This document shows, one piece after another, positions 8,751-17,582 of a DNA stretch of 64,000 nt. The position numbers were made by a program, and so were the translations under genes. Position 1 is the first letter of the stretch, and the number at the start of each line of letters is the position of its first letter. Under the pieces are notes generated by a model. It searched no databases. It worked only from the letters and a program-made list of their open reading frames with translations, and was not told where the DNA came from. Source of the stretch: Minisyncoccota bacterium (lineage in GTDB: Bacteria; Patescibacteriota; Minisyncoccia; Phycocordibacterales; UBA9973); the NCBI GenBank assembly GCA_036517375.1, contig DATDWM010000018.1, positions 9,004 through 73,003 of the forward strand, given 5' to 3'.

Positions 8751-11153
8751 ATGGAGGGAAATAAATTTTTGCAAAAAAATATGAAAGTAGCTGTATTGTG
8801 CGGTGGGCCTTCCTTAGAACGCGGAATATCTCTCAACTCTGCTCGCAGTATCCTTGACCATCTAGGTAGCCAAGGAGTTGAGATAATACCAATTTACTTC
8901 AACGAACAAAAAAGTCCGTATAAAATTTCTACGGCACAATTATATTCGAACACCCCGAGCGATTTTGACTTTAAACTCGACAATAAATCTAAACTCTCAC
9001 CCACCTCACTAATTCGTATTTTAAAAAGTGTAGACATTGTTTTTCCTTGTATACATGGAAGCTTCGGAGAGGATGGGGAGCTACAGAGCTTCCTCGAAAA
9101 GCACAAGATACCATTTATCGGTTCATCTTCAAGCTCATGTAAGAAGGCCTTCGATAAATACAAAGCGAATGAGTACATTCGCTCGCTTGGATTCTATGCG
9201 CCGAACTCTATTGTCATAAAGATTACCGATTCTTCAAGAGACATTAAGGAAAAAGTAAATAAATTTTGGAAAGATGAGGATATTACTCGCGCGATAGTTA
9301 AGCCCGCGAGCGGCGGATCGAGCATTGGGGTTTTCTCGGTAGAGAATATCTCTGACGCTCTCCTAAGCATAGAAAGCCTCTTTAGTAAACGCATGGATAC
9401 TCGGGTAGTAGTGGAGCCCTTTGCTAGGGGGATAGAATTCACAGTAATTGTTTTAGAAAACAGGCTGAATATGCCGGTGGCTATATTGCCGACAGAAATA
9501 GAGGTAGAATATACGGAAAATCAATTTTTTGACTTCCGTAAAAAATATTTACCTACTCGACATGTTACGTATCATTGCCCACCTAGATTTTCCAACGAAA
9601 TTATTGAAAAAATTCAAATTGAAGCGGAACAGTTGTTTTCTATTTTTGGAATGCAGGATTTTGCTCGCTTCGATGGATTTCTGATGCCGGACGGAAATAT
9701 TTGGTTTTCGGACTTCAATCCTATTTCAGGCATGGAGCAAAACAGCTTTCTTTTCCAGCAGGCTTCACGCATTGGCTTTTCACATCAGGACCTCTTCCGA
9801 TATATTGTAAATAACGCGTGTATGCGTAGAGGAATCTCGGGGGCGGTAGAAAATATTTTTATTGCCGAGGATCGCAAGCCACTAGCGGTTCTTTTCGGCG
9901 GGGAAACGGCGGAAAAGCAGGTTTCATTAATGAGTGGTACGAATGTCTGGCTTAAGTTGCGAGGCTCAGAGATTTATAAACCATTTCCGTACCTACTTGG
10001 CCCAAAGGGCGAGGTCTGGGAGCTACCGTATTCGTATATTCTAAATCATACGGTAGAGGAGATAATTGAAAATGCAAAGAGCGCGGAGCAGGATGTGGAC
10101 AGGCTTTCTTTCCTCATTGAGAAGGTCAAGATTAAATTGTCTTTAAATAGCGGGGACACTACCGAGAACTTCTTTATTCCTAGAAAGTATTCACTCGCTC
10201 AAATACTCCAGAAATTTCCTTTTGTTTTTATAGCTCTCCATGGTGGATTTGGCGAGGATGGCACACTGCAGAAGATTCTAAAAGGTGAAAAAATAAAATT
10301 TAACGGATCCGGAAGCGTTGTTTCAAAATTATGCATGGATAAATGGGAAACGAACGAAACAATAAAAAAAGCACAGATAAAAGGAGTAACCGTGGCTGAG
10401 CACGCCCTGTTCCAAATAAGGGATGTCCCTGAACACACCGACAACGACTTGAAAGAAGTGCATTGGAGGATGCTAGTAGAGCGGCTAAGCACAAAGACCA
10501 TCATCGGAAAGCCAAGAGGGGACGGATGTTCTGCTGGTGTGGTGATGCTTTCTAATGAAAAAGATTTGTCTACTTATATATCATTGATAAAAAATAAAGT
10601 AAAGATTGCCAAGCCACATACTTTCACTAATCAAACACATAGCATCGATATGCCAGAGGGTGATGTGCAGGATATTATTTTCGAATCATTTATCGAGACG
10701 GATAGACTGAAAGTGCACAAAGGGGAAATTACTCATATTCCTAAAAGTGGGTATGTGGAAATGACAGTGGGAGTTTTCGAAGAAAGGGGGAAGGTTAGAT
10801 CATTTTCCCCATCTATTACCATAGCCGAGGATACAATACTTTCTGTAGAAGAAAAATTCCAAGGTGGAACCGGGGTAAACATTACTCCTCCACCAAAAGA
10901 AATTATTTCTACTAAGAACTTGAATAAAGTAAAGAGTTTAGTTGAACAAGTTGCCAAAAAAATAGGGATTCGAGGATATTCAAGGATAGACATCTTCGTT
11001 CACATTAAAACTGGTACTATTATTGTGATTGAAATCAACACTTTACCCGGACTAACCCCATCTACGGTAATATACCATCAAGCTTTGGCGGAAAAGAAGC
11101 CGATGTTCCCGAAGGAATTCCTAGAGCTTTTGATCAAAAATAAGGGGTATTAA
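8751..11153 (+). CDS. ddl: D-alanine--D-alanine ligase with two tandem ATP-grasp modules (alternative start 8781)
   Basis: Module 1: GGPSLERGISLNS, HGSFGEDG, KPASGGSSIG. Module 2 from ~9873: GGETAEKQVSLMS, HGGFGEDG, KPRGDGCSAG, EINTLPG. Confidence 0.9.
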   Translation: MEGNKFLQKNMKVAVLCGGPSLERGISLNSARSILDHLGSQGVEIIPIYFNEQKSPYKISTAQLYSNTPSDFDFKLDNKSKLSPTSLIRILKSVDIVFPCIHGSFGEDGELQSFLEKHKIPFIGSSSSSCKKAFDKYKANEYIRSLGFYAPNSIVIKITDSSRDIKEKVNKFWKDEDITRAIVKPASGGSSIGVFSVENISDALLSIESLFSKRMDTRVVVEPFARGIEFTVIVLENRLNMPVAILPTEIEVEYTENQFFDFRKKYLPTRHVTYHCPPRFSNEIIEKIQIEAEQLFSIFGMQDFARFDGFLMPDGNIWFSDFNPISGMEQNSFLFQQASRIGFSHQDLFRYIVNNACMRRGISGAVENIFIAEDRKPLAVLFGGETAEKQVSLMSGTNVWLKLRGSEIYKPFPYLLGPKGEVWELPYSYILNHTVEEIIENAKSAEQDVDRLSFLIEKVKIKLSLNSGDTTENFFIPRKYSLAQILQKFPFVFIALHGGFGEDGTLQKILKGEKIKFNGSGSVVSKLCMDKWETNETIKKAQIKGVTVAEHALFQIRDVPEHTDNDLKEVHWRMLVERLSTKTIIGKPRGDGCSAGVVMLSNEKDLSTYISLIKNKVKIAKPHTFTNQTHSIDMPEGDVQDIIFESFIETDRLKVHKGEITHIPKSGYVEMTVGVFEERGKVRSFSPSITIAEDTILSVEEKFQGGTGVNITPPPKEIISTKNLNKVKSLVEQVAKKIGIRGYSRIDIFVHIKTGTIIVIEINTLPGLTPSTVIYHQALAEKKPMFPKEFLELLIKNKGY

Positions 11154-11177
11154 GAGGCATGCCTAGGGGCTCAGAGG

Positions 11178-11206
11178 TTGCATTTTAAGCCTTTTTATAA
11201 TAGTAT
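11178..11206 (+). promoter_or_regulatory. sigma70-type promoter for rpmG (leaderless)
   Basis: TTGCAT-17 nt-TAGTAT, then 6 nt to ATG 11213. Confidence 0.6.
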
Positions 11207-11212
11207 CTATTC

Positions 11213-11371
11213 ATGTCCCAAGATAGACTAATAAAACTCGCCTGCGGAACCTGTAAGCGTATCAACTACTGGTCCAGCAAGAACAAGAAACTCGTCACTA
11301 AAAAGATTGAGCTCCAAAAGTTTTGCAAGTGGTGCAAGAAGAAAACTAAGCACAAAGAATCTAAGAAATAA
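11213..11371 (+). CDS. rpmG: 50S ribosomal protein L33 (Zn-binding form)
   Basis: Manual translation: MSQDRLIKLACGTCKRINYWSSKNKKLVTKKIELQKFCKWCKKKTKHKESKK; below the ORF-track length cutoff. Confidence 0.95.
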   Translation: MSQDRLIKLACGTCKRINYWSSKNKKLVTKKIELQKFCKWCKKKTKHKESKK

Positions 11372-11430
11372 GCTTTATTTTACTTTAGTTTTCCTTTGGT
11401 TTTCTTAATTCCTTCTGCTATACTTTAGCC

Positions 11431-11526
11431 ACAACAAAGAGTTTTGTTGTATGTTCTTCTTAAGTAGGAAGCACGATATTTTTTATTTTGTGCTTCCAAA
11501 ACCCGTTTGTGCTTAAGCGGGCTTTT
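11431..11526 (+). ncRNA. structured 5' leader of tRNA-Trp with three hairpins, the last terminator-like
   Basis: TG-c-TATACT at 11416-11424; ACAACAAA/TTTGTTGT, GGAAGCAC/GTGCTTCC, CCCGTTT/AAGCGGG followed by CTTTT. Confidence 0.45.
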
Positions 11527-11552
11527 GCTCGTGTAAGGCGTAAACGGGATAA

Positions 11553-11623
11553 GGGCGATTAGTATAATGGTAGTACAAAGGCCTCCAAATCCTTTGGCGG
11601 GGGTTCGATTCCCTCATCGCCCG
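11553..11623 (+). tRNA. tRNA-Trp(CCA)
   Basis: GGGCGAT/ATCGCCC acceptor stem, anticodon loop CTCCAAA, T-loop TTCGATT; no encoded CCA. Confidence 0.92.
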
Positions 11624-11653
11624 CAGATTTTTTAGAGTTTCTGATTATATTTC

Positions 11654-11682
11654 TTGACCTAATGACCAAATCAAGGTATATT
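11654..11682 (+). promoter_or_regulatory. sigma70-type promoter at island start
   Basis: TTGACC-17 nt-TATATT. Confidence 0.65.
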
Positions 11683-11692
11683 ATATTAATAT

Positions 11693-11758
11693 AATAAAAG
11701 AGAAATCGTTGTTATTCTTGATTTAGATAGTACCTTGGTTGATACAGATTTTATTTGA
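11693..11758 (+). pseudogene. N-terminal remnant of a HAD phosphatase
   Basis: Translates NKREIVVILDLDSTLVDTDFI* (hhhDxDxTL motif I); no start codon, immediate stop. Confidence 0.55.
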
Positions 11759-11779
11759 ATTAATGTTATACATAATTTT

Positions 11780-12814
11780 ATGACTAAAATTCTTATTACT
11801 GGTGGTTGTGGTTTTATTGGCTCAAATGCGGTTAAGTACTATCTTCAAAAAAATTATAGTGTTCTCGTGCTAGATAATTTAAGCAGGTCTGGTTCTGAGC
11901 AAAATTTAAAATGGTTGCGAACACTTAAGGGTAAATTTTCTTTCAAGAAAATAGATATAACTAGCTACGTTTCTCTAGTAAGGATTTTTAAAGAATTTAA
12001 GCCTGATTTAATTTTACATTTAGCCGGACAAACTACTGTAGTTGGTTCCATATTAGATCCGAGAGAAGATTTTGAGGTTAATGCGCTTGGGACTTTCAAT
12101 TTACTAGAGACAATGAGGAACATAACACCAAAAGCTGCTTTGATTTACTCAAGTACTAATAAGGTAATGGGCAATTTGGAATATGTGCCTATTATAGAAA
12201 AACAGGAACGTTATATATATAAAAATATTAAAAATATTTCAGAAAAATATCAATTAAATTTCCATAGCCCGTATGGTTGTTCAAAGGGGTGTGGTGATCA
12301 GTACGTAACTGATTATGCTAAAGTTTTTAATTTAAATACAGTTGTGTTTAGACAATCTTGTATATATGGTCCTAATCAATTTGGTATGGAAGAACAAGGT
12401 TGGTTGGCGTGGTTTATTATTTCTTCGCTTTTTAATAAAGAAATTACAATCTTTGGTAATGGTAAGCAGGTGAGAGATGTTTTGTATGTGGACGATTTAA
12501 TTGATGCTTATGATCTAGCTTTTGTGAATATAAATAAGACAAAAGGGAAAATTTATAATATAGGTGGAGGGATTGAATTTAACTTATCTCTTTTAGAGTC
12601 TTTAAAAATTATTGGAAATATAGTCGGTAAAAACTTAAAATATAACTTAAGTTCATGGAGAACTGCTGACCAGAAGGTTTATATTTCTGATGTTGCTTTA
12701 GCAAAAAAAGATTTTGGTTGGTATCCAAAAGTTTCTCCTAAAGACGGTCTCAAAAAACTTTACAAATGGGTAGAAGAAAATAAAACTATTTTTAATAAAA
12801 TTTATACCAGATAA
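11780..12814 (+). CDS. NAD-dependent epimerase, CDP-paratose/tyvelose 2-epimerase (RfbE)-like
   Basis: TGGCGFIG, HLAGQ, SSTNKV, HSPYGCSKG, FRQSCIYG, GKQVRDVL. Confidence 0.88.
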   Translation: MTKILITGGCGFIGSNAVKYYLQKNYSVLVLDNLSRSGSEQNLKWLRTLKGKFSFKKIDITSYVSLVRIFKEFKPDLILHLAGQTTVVGSILDPREDFEVNALGTFNLLETMRNITPKAALIYSSTNKVMGNLEYVPIIEKQERYIYKNIKNISEKYQLNFHSPYGCSKGCGDQYVTDYAKVFNLNTVVFRQSCIYGPNQFGMEEQGWLAWFIISSLFNKEITIFGNGKQVRDVLYVDDLIDAYDLAFVNINKTKGKIYNIGGGIEFNLSLLESLKIIGNIVGKNLKYNLSSWRTADQKVYISDVALAKKDFGWYPKVSPKDGLKKLYKWVEENKTIFNKIYTR

Positions 12815-12815
12815 T

Positions 12816-14027
12816 ATGATTTCTAATAAAAAAATGAAGATTTGTATATATGCCCATAGTTTTCCTCCTATCATTGGCGGTGCTCAAACTTATCAATATA
12901 ATCTAGCCGTTGGGTTAGGAAAGTTGGGGCACGAAGTCCTGGTCTTAACCGGTGATATTCCTGATTCTTTAAAACCGAAAATTAAAGACTATAAGTCATC
13001 ATATTTTAAAATAGTAAGAATACCGCTTTTTCGAGAATCAATAAAAATGAAAGCACCATTTAGAGATTTACTAATGGAATCATTCACATTCTTAAAAAAA
13101 TTTAATCCAGACATTATCTATTCCAATGGTTATGTTCCTTGTCTTTTAATTTCTTTAATTAAAGATGGTTTGAGGGCAAAGCACGTTTATAGTTATCACT
13201 CTACTCCAGAATTGGATGTAAATAAACTAGTAGGTATATGGCCAGGGAACTTAGATTTCGAACTTTCAGTGGCAAGATTTATTTTTAATAAAGGATCATT
13301 TGATGCTTATTTAGCTTGCAGTGACAATTATCTTAGCACTGTAAAGAAGAATATTAATTCCCAAATTAAGAATGCTCACCGGATTTATTACGGTGTAGAT
13401 ATATCCAAGTTTTCTTATAAAATTAAAGCTGACAGAGAGAAGTATGGATTTAGTGAAAATGATTTCGTTATTCTCTGCCCTGTGAGATTAATAGAAAGAA
13501 AGGGGATTTTAGATATCTTGCGAGCCATCAGTCAATTAAAGAAAATAATTCCTGGTGTAAAACTTTTAATTCCCACAAGCAAGCTTTCTACTAATGATAA
13601 GTTTAGCAAATTAGTACTCAACCTAATAAAATCTTTAAAAATCGAAAATAACGTAACAATAAGGGTTGATCAGTTTACCATTGATGATATGCCGATGGCA
13701 TACTCACTTTCAGACCTTGTGATATTGCCTTCATATTCAGAAGGGCTAGGTATCGTTTTATTAGAGGCCATGGCGATGAAAAAGCCAGTCGTAGCTACAG
13801 ATATTTCTGGCGTAAATGAAGTAGTTAAACACAATAAAACGGGCTTATTGGTTCCAGTTAAGAGTCCTAAAAAAATTGCTGAAGCAATTAAATTAATCTT
13901 TAGTGATAGCAAGTTAAGAAATAATTTAATCGATGGTGCTTATGCTATGATAGAGAAAGATTTTGAATTGAATAAACAAGTAAAGAAGGTTGAGGGGCTT
14001 TTCAAAAAAGTACATGGAAAAAATTAA
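12816..14027 (+). CDS. glycosyltransferase family 4
   Basis: FPPIIGGA, RLIERKG, PSYSEGLGIVLLEAMA (EX7E). Confidence 0.9.
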   Translation: MISNKKMKICIYAHSFPPIIGGAQTYQYNLAVGLGKLGHEVLVLTGDIPDSLKPKIKDYKSSYFKIVRIPLFRESIKMKAPFRDLLMESFTFLKKFNPDIIYSNGYVPCLLISLIKDGLRAKHVYSYHSTPELDVNKLVGIWPGNLDFELSVARFIFNKGSFDAYLACSDNYLSTVKKNINSQIKNAHRIYYGVDISKFSYKIKADREKYGFSENDFVILCPVRLIERKGILDILRAISQLKKIIPGVKLLIPTSKLSTNDKFSKLVLNLIKSLKIENNVTIRVDQFTIDDMPMAYSLSDLVILPSYSEGLGIVLLEAMAMKKPVVATDISGVNEVVKHNKTGLLVPVKSPKKIAEAIKLIFSDSKLRNNLIDGAYAMIEKDFELNKQVKKVEGLFKKVHGKN

Positions 14028-14634
14028 CTATAAACTAGCTAATAAGATCAAAAAACATATAAAAAATAGCGATCGTCCGCTCATTATTGTGATTTCTGGT
14101 GTTAATGGGGCTGGGAAAACTACTTTGGCTTTTCACTTATCAAATATATTAGATATAAGACAGCGTGTTAGTTTGGGGTCGATAGTAAAAACTTTGATTG
14201 TGATGAATCCTAAAAATAAAGTTATCTCTAAGATGAATAATTATTTCTTTCCTCTTAATAAGGTAGATATACACAAGCAGGCATTAATCATAAGTAAGGC
14301 AACTAACTCAATGATTAAGAAGTATTACATTGGGGGAGTTTCCTGTATTATAGAAGGGGTACAGCTTCTGACTCGTTATCTTGATAAGAACTGTATTCAA
14401 TTCCACATAAAGATAACTAATAAAAAAAAATATAATAAACAACTAAGAAACAGCGACACAAGAAATCCTCGTAATCTTTCTGAGAAAGTATTCGGAAATC
14501 TGTTGGCGGTGAATGATATTTTAAATAATGAGATGGATATGCCAAATGTGAATTGTTTAGAAAACTCCCGGTCCTTAAATGAAAATATAAATATCGTATT
14601 GAAAACTTTAATTATCAATCTTAATATTAAATAA
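14014..14634 (+). CDS. P-loop small-molecule kinase, 2-phosphoglycerate-kinase-like
   Basis: IIVISGVNGAGKTTLA, SCIIEGVQL; ATG 14014 overlaps the GT stop. Confidence 0.65.
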   Translation: MEKINYKLANKIKKHIKNSDRPLIIVISGVNGAGKTTLAFHLSNILDIRQRVSLGSIVKTLIVMNPKNKVISKMNNYFFPLNKVDIHKQALIISKATNSMIKKYYIGGVSCIIEGVQLLTRYLDKNCIQFHIKITNKKKYNKQLRNSDTRNPRNLSEKVFGNLLAVNDILNNEMDMPNVNCLENSRSLNENINIVLKTLIINLNIK

Positions 14635-14638
14635 ATTT

Positions 14639-15622
14639 ATGCCCATCGATTTTACTGAAATTAAACAATTATCAAAGGAAGCAAAAGAAATTTCTAATGC
14701 TCTAAGAAAAGAACTTGGAGAGATGCCTCACAAAATTGAGGGAAACTTTATTGCTTTCTTTGGCCGTCAGTACAATCCTGATCATAAATGGAACTGTGCT
14801 CTGAAGCCCTTATGGTCTGGTTTCTATATTAAGTATAACGAATTAGAAATGATGGTTGATCCTGGAATCAATATTCTGGAGCGAGCAGAAAAGATTGGTG
14901 TAAATTTGGCTCGTACTAACACATTATTTATTTCCCACTCACATATCGACCACAAAAACGACTCTAATGTAATTGCTGAGATGGTCTCTTATAGAGAGAA
15001 CCCTGAATTAAATGTGCTATTTTCGAAACACTCTTTAAATGATAACGCAATGAGTCACTACCACTCTTCATCTAGGGAGAATAAGATAATTTTGCTTGAT
15101 GAGAATGAAGAGGTAGAATTATATAACGGTGTTAAACTTAAGCCCGTAGAAGTTGTACATTCAATTAATGGTGCATATGGTTTTGTATTAGACTTGAATG
15201 GAGTAAAAATTGGATACACAGGGGACACAGGCTTTAATACAACTTATAAAAGTGCTGACGGTAGAGAACTATCTGTTTCAGAAAAAGTACTCGACAAAAA
15301 AGATATAGAAGAACCTGGAGCTTTCAATGAGGACCTGAAAACTTTTTTTAGTGAAGTTGATTTATTAGTTTTCAACTTGCATGACGTGGAATTTAGAAAA
15401 CACACTAAACATAATTTATACCACTCTACAGTTTCTGATGCGGTGAAAGTTTTAAGAGATTCAAAAGTAAAACATTGTTTCTTTGAACATTTTAACCCAT
15501 ACGGTGGAGGGTTGGGTTTAGAATATCCTCAAAAAGTAAACCAATATATACGAGAATCTACTGGCAAGGAAACTACCCTTACCCCATTAAACGGAAGTGT
15601 TTATAGCTTAAATAATATTTAA
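14639..15622 (+). CDS. metallo-beta-lactamase-fold hydrolase (phosphodiesterase-like)
   Basis: VDPG, SHSHIDH (HxHxDH), VVHS, YTGDT, YHST, FEHF. Confidence 0.85.
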   Translation: MPIDFTEIKQLSKEAKEISNALRKELGEMPHKIEGNFIAFFGRQYNPDHKWNCALKPLWSGFYIKYNELEMMVDPGINILERAEKIGVNLARTNTLFISHSHIDHKNDSNVIAEMVSYRENPELNVLFSKHSLNDNAMSHYHSSSRENKIILLDENEEVELYNGVKLKPVEVVHSINGAYGFVLDLNGVKIGYTGDTGFNTTYKSADGRELSVSEKVLDKKDIEEPGAFNEDLKTFFSEVDLLVFNLHDVEFRKHTKHNLYHSTVSDAVKVLRDSKVKHCFFEHFNPYGGGLGLEYPQKVNQYIRESTGKETTLTPLNGSVYSLNNI

Positions 15623-15624
15623 TT

Positions 15625-16677
15625 ATGCCAAGTGAAGCACCAAAATTTTTCGTAGATAAAGTTAGAGAGCAAAAGGAGGAAGATCCTAAACCGTATGATG
15701 CTGTTATTTCATTAGAACCTGGTAAAGAAAAAGTGGGCTTCGTTAGAGATAATTTCGTTTGTGAGGTTGTGGACGAAAAGGGAAATGAGTCTACAATTAG
15801 AATTCCAACCTCTATTACATATTCTAGAAAAGATGCGAATGAACCATGGAGTAAGAAGTTGTATGGCTACAGAGAGGGCGTAGGAGAGGCTTTAGATTCA
15901 GAAGAAATGAGTTACTACGTAGTCTACGATCCATCATCTGAATTAAGCTTCCTAGCTATGCCGCTTGAGGATAATACTAGAATTGCACGTAATAAGGACA
16001 ATTTAGACTTGTTTTTAAAAAACGGTCGAGAAGAAGACACTGAATCATTAAAAAAATTGATGGGCGAATTTAAAGACGTGGATTTCGGATTATTCGGTTC
16101 ACGTAGTGTTCTAGGCTCACCAGCAGCAAAAACAGTAGACATAGATTTGATTATTTATGGGCCTGAAGATTTACAAAGAGTAGTTTCTGCGATAGAAGGA
16201 AATAGTGATTTGCGCAAAAAAATAGGTCTAACAGATAGGTCTTCTGAAACAATAGAAAAATATGTAGCTCACTACATGCGAAAATTTAACATTACAGAAA
16301 GTGAGGCCAGGATTATAACCTTAAGAAGAAGGAGGTATATATTAAAACCTAACATTAAGTTATCGTTCAACTGCGCCCTGCCTGATAAAGAGAGAAAAAC
16401 TCCTATTGTTATAGGTTCTAAGAAAATTCATGATATTACAATTGAAGCCACAGCTTTGGATACCTCAATGTCTTCAGCTTTGCCTAGATTATTTTCAGTC
16501 GAAACTGAAGGGGAAAAAATAGATGTTGTGACTGGTAATTGGTCATTAAAAGATTTCATTAGACCAGGAGATAAAGTTAAAGTTATAGGCGCGTTAAGAG
16601 AGTCTAATGGTGTTACTTTTATCTCTTTAGAGAAACCAGGAGATATCATTCTCCCAACTAATAATGATAAGAAATAA
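15625..16677 (+). CDS. Pol-beta-type nucleotidyltransferase with probable C-terminal OB fold (COG1665-like)
   Basis: GLFGS..VDIDLIIYG; C-terminal RPGDKVKVIG. Confidence 0.7.
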   Translation: MPSEAPKFFVDKVREQKEEDPKPYDAVISLEPGKEKVGFVRDNFVCEVVDEKGNESTIRIPTSITYSRKDANEPWSKKLYGYREGVGEALDSEEMSYYVVYDPSSELSFLAMPLEDNTRIARNKDNLDLFLKNGREEDTESLKKLMGEFKDVDFGLFGSRSVLGSPAAKTVDIDLIIYGPEDLQRVVSAIEGNSDLRKKIGLTDRSSETIEKYVAHYMRKFNITESEARIITLRRRRYILKPNIKLSFNCALPDKERKTPIVIGSKKIHDITIEATALDTSMSSALPRLFSVETEGEKIDVVTGNWSLKDFIRPGDKVKVIGALRESNGVTFISLEKPGDIILPTNNDKK

Positions 16678-17578
16678 TGACAATACAGAGAAGATCTTAG
16701 TCAATAGTAAATTCGTTAAGAATTTAAATGTTACTGGCGATAAACTTCACTGTGAGGCTGGCCTGTATGTTTCACTTGGCCGTAAGTACGTGATCAAAAA
16801 AATAGGAAGACAATATAAATTAAATTCCACAGAACTTATACTCCTTGAAAAATCTGTATCGAGATACTACGATCATTTAAAAAAAATCATACCTAATAAT
16901 GTTCCTAAAATTTTTCTTACTAAGATAGATAAGGAGAAAAATTGCATTTTATTAGTTACGGAATATTTACCTTTAGGTAAAGTTACAGCTATTAAAGATA
17001 TTTCAATGAAAATTAAATATTTTAATGAAATTATTAAGTTAATACTCAAGATTTCAAACAAGAAAGGCAATACCTCTGGAAATAAACTCAAATGTTCTAT
17101 TGATCCCAATCCAGATAATTTCTTTTTGGATTCAGAAAATAAGATAGTATATAACGATTTCACACCACCGTTGTACAGAGAAAATGGTAAGTGGGTAGAA
17201 TTTAGAAGAAGAGACGAGGCTCATGCAAAAAAATCTGAAAAGGAAACTCGTTATTTTTCCGAAATAAATTTATTGCTGGCATTTATTAATAAAACAAGAT
17301 TGTATCTAACTTTAGATGAATACCTTAAGTTTTCCAGGTCACACTTTTCAACTAATAATAAGGTAAAGCAGTTTGTAAAAATCTTTGATGAAGTTAGATC
17401 TGAGAGGGTAGCAAGTTTCGATAAACTTGAGAAGCATGTCGTGCGAAGAGATTTATTAAGATTTGCCTTGTCCTTTCGCAAGGGTTTAACAAGTACTCAG
17501 GTCGGAGAACTTTACAAGAAATCTAAAAAACCTAACGGTGTTGTATTTCTTGAGAAAAAATATATAAGTTTAATTTAA
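16664..17578 (+). CDS. protein-kinase-like fold protein (probable small-molecule phosphotransferase)
   Basis: YVIKK, VPK, LVTEYL hinge, IDPNPDNF (DxxxxN), YNDF. Confidence 0.6.
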   Translation: MIRNNDNTEKILVNSKFVKNLNVTGDKLHCEAGLYVSLGRKYVIKKIGRQYKLNSTELILLEKSVSRYYDHLKKIIPNNVPKIFLTKIDKEKNCILLVTEYLPLGKVTAIKDISMKIKYFNEIIKLILKISNKKGNTSGNKLKCSIDPNPDNFFLDSENKIVYNDFTPPLYRENGKWVEFRRRDEAHAKKSEKETRYFSEINLLLAFINKTRLYLTLDEYLKFSRSHFSTNNKVKQFVKIFDEVRSERVASFDKLEKHVVRRDLLRFALSFRKGLTSTQVGELYKKSKKPNGVVFLEKKYISLI

Positions 17579-17582
17579 TATT

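Noticed and set aside
11780-14027. Calling the island an O-antigen/tyvelose locus
   Set aside because: rfbF/G/H/S and any flippase or polymerase are absent, and there is only one GT.
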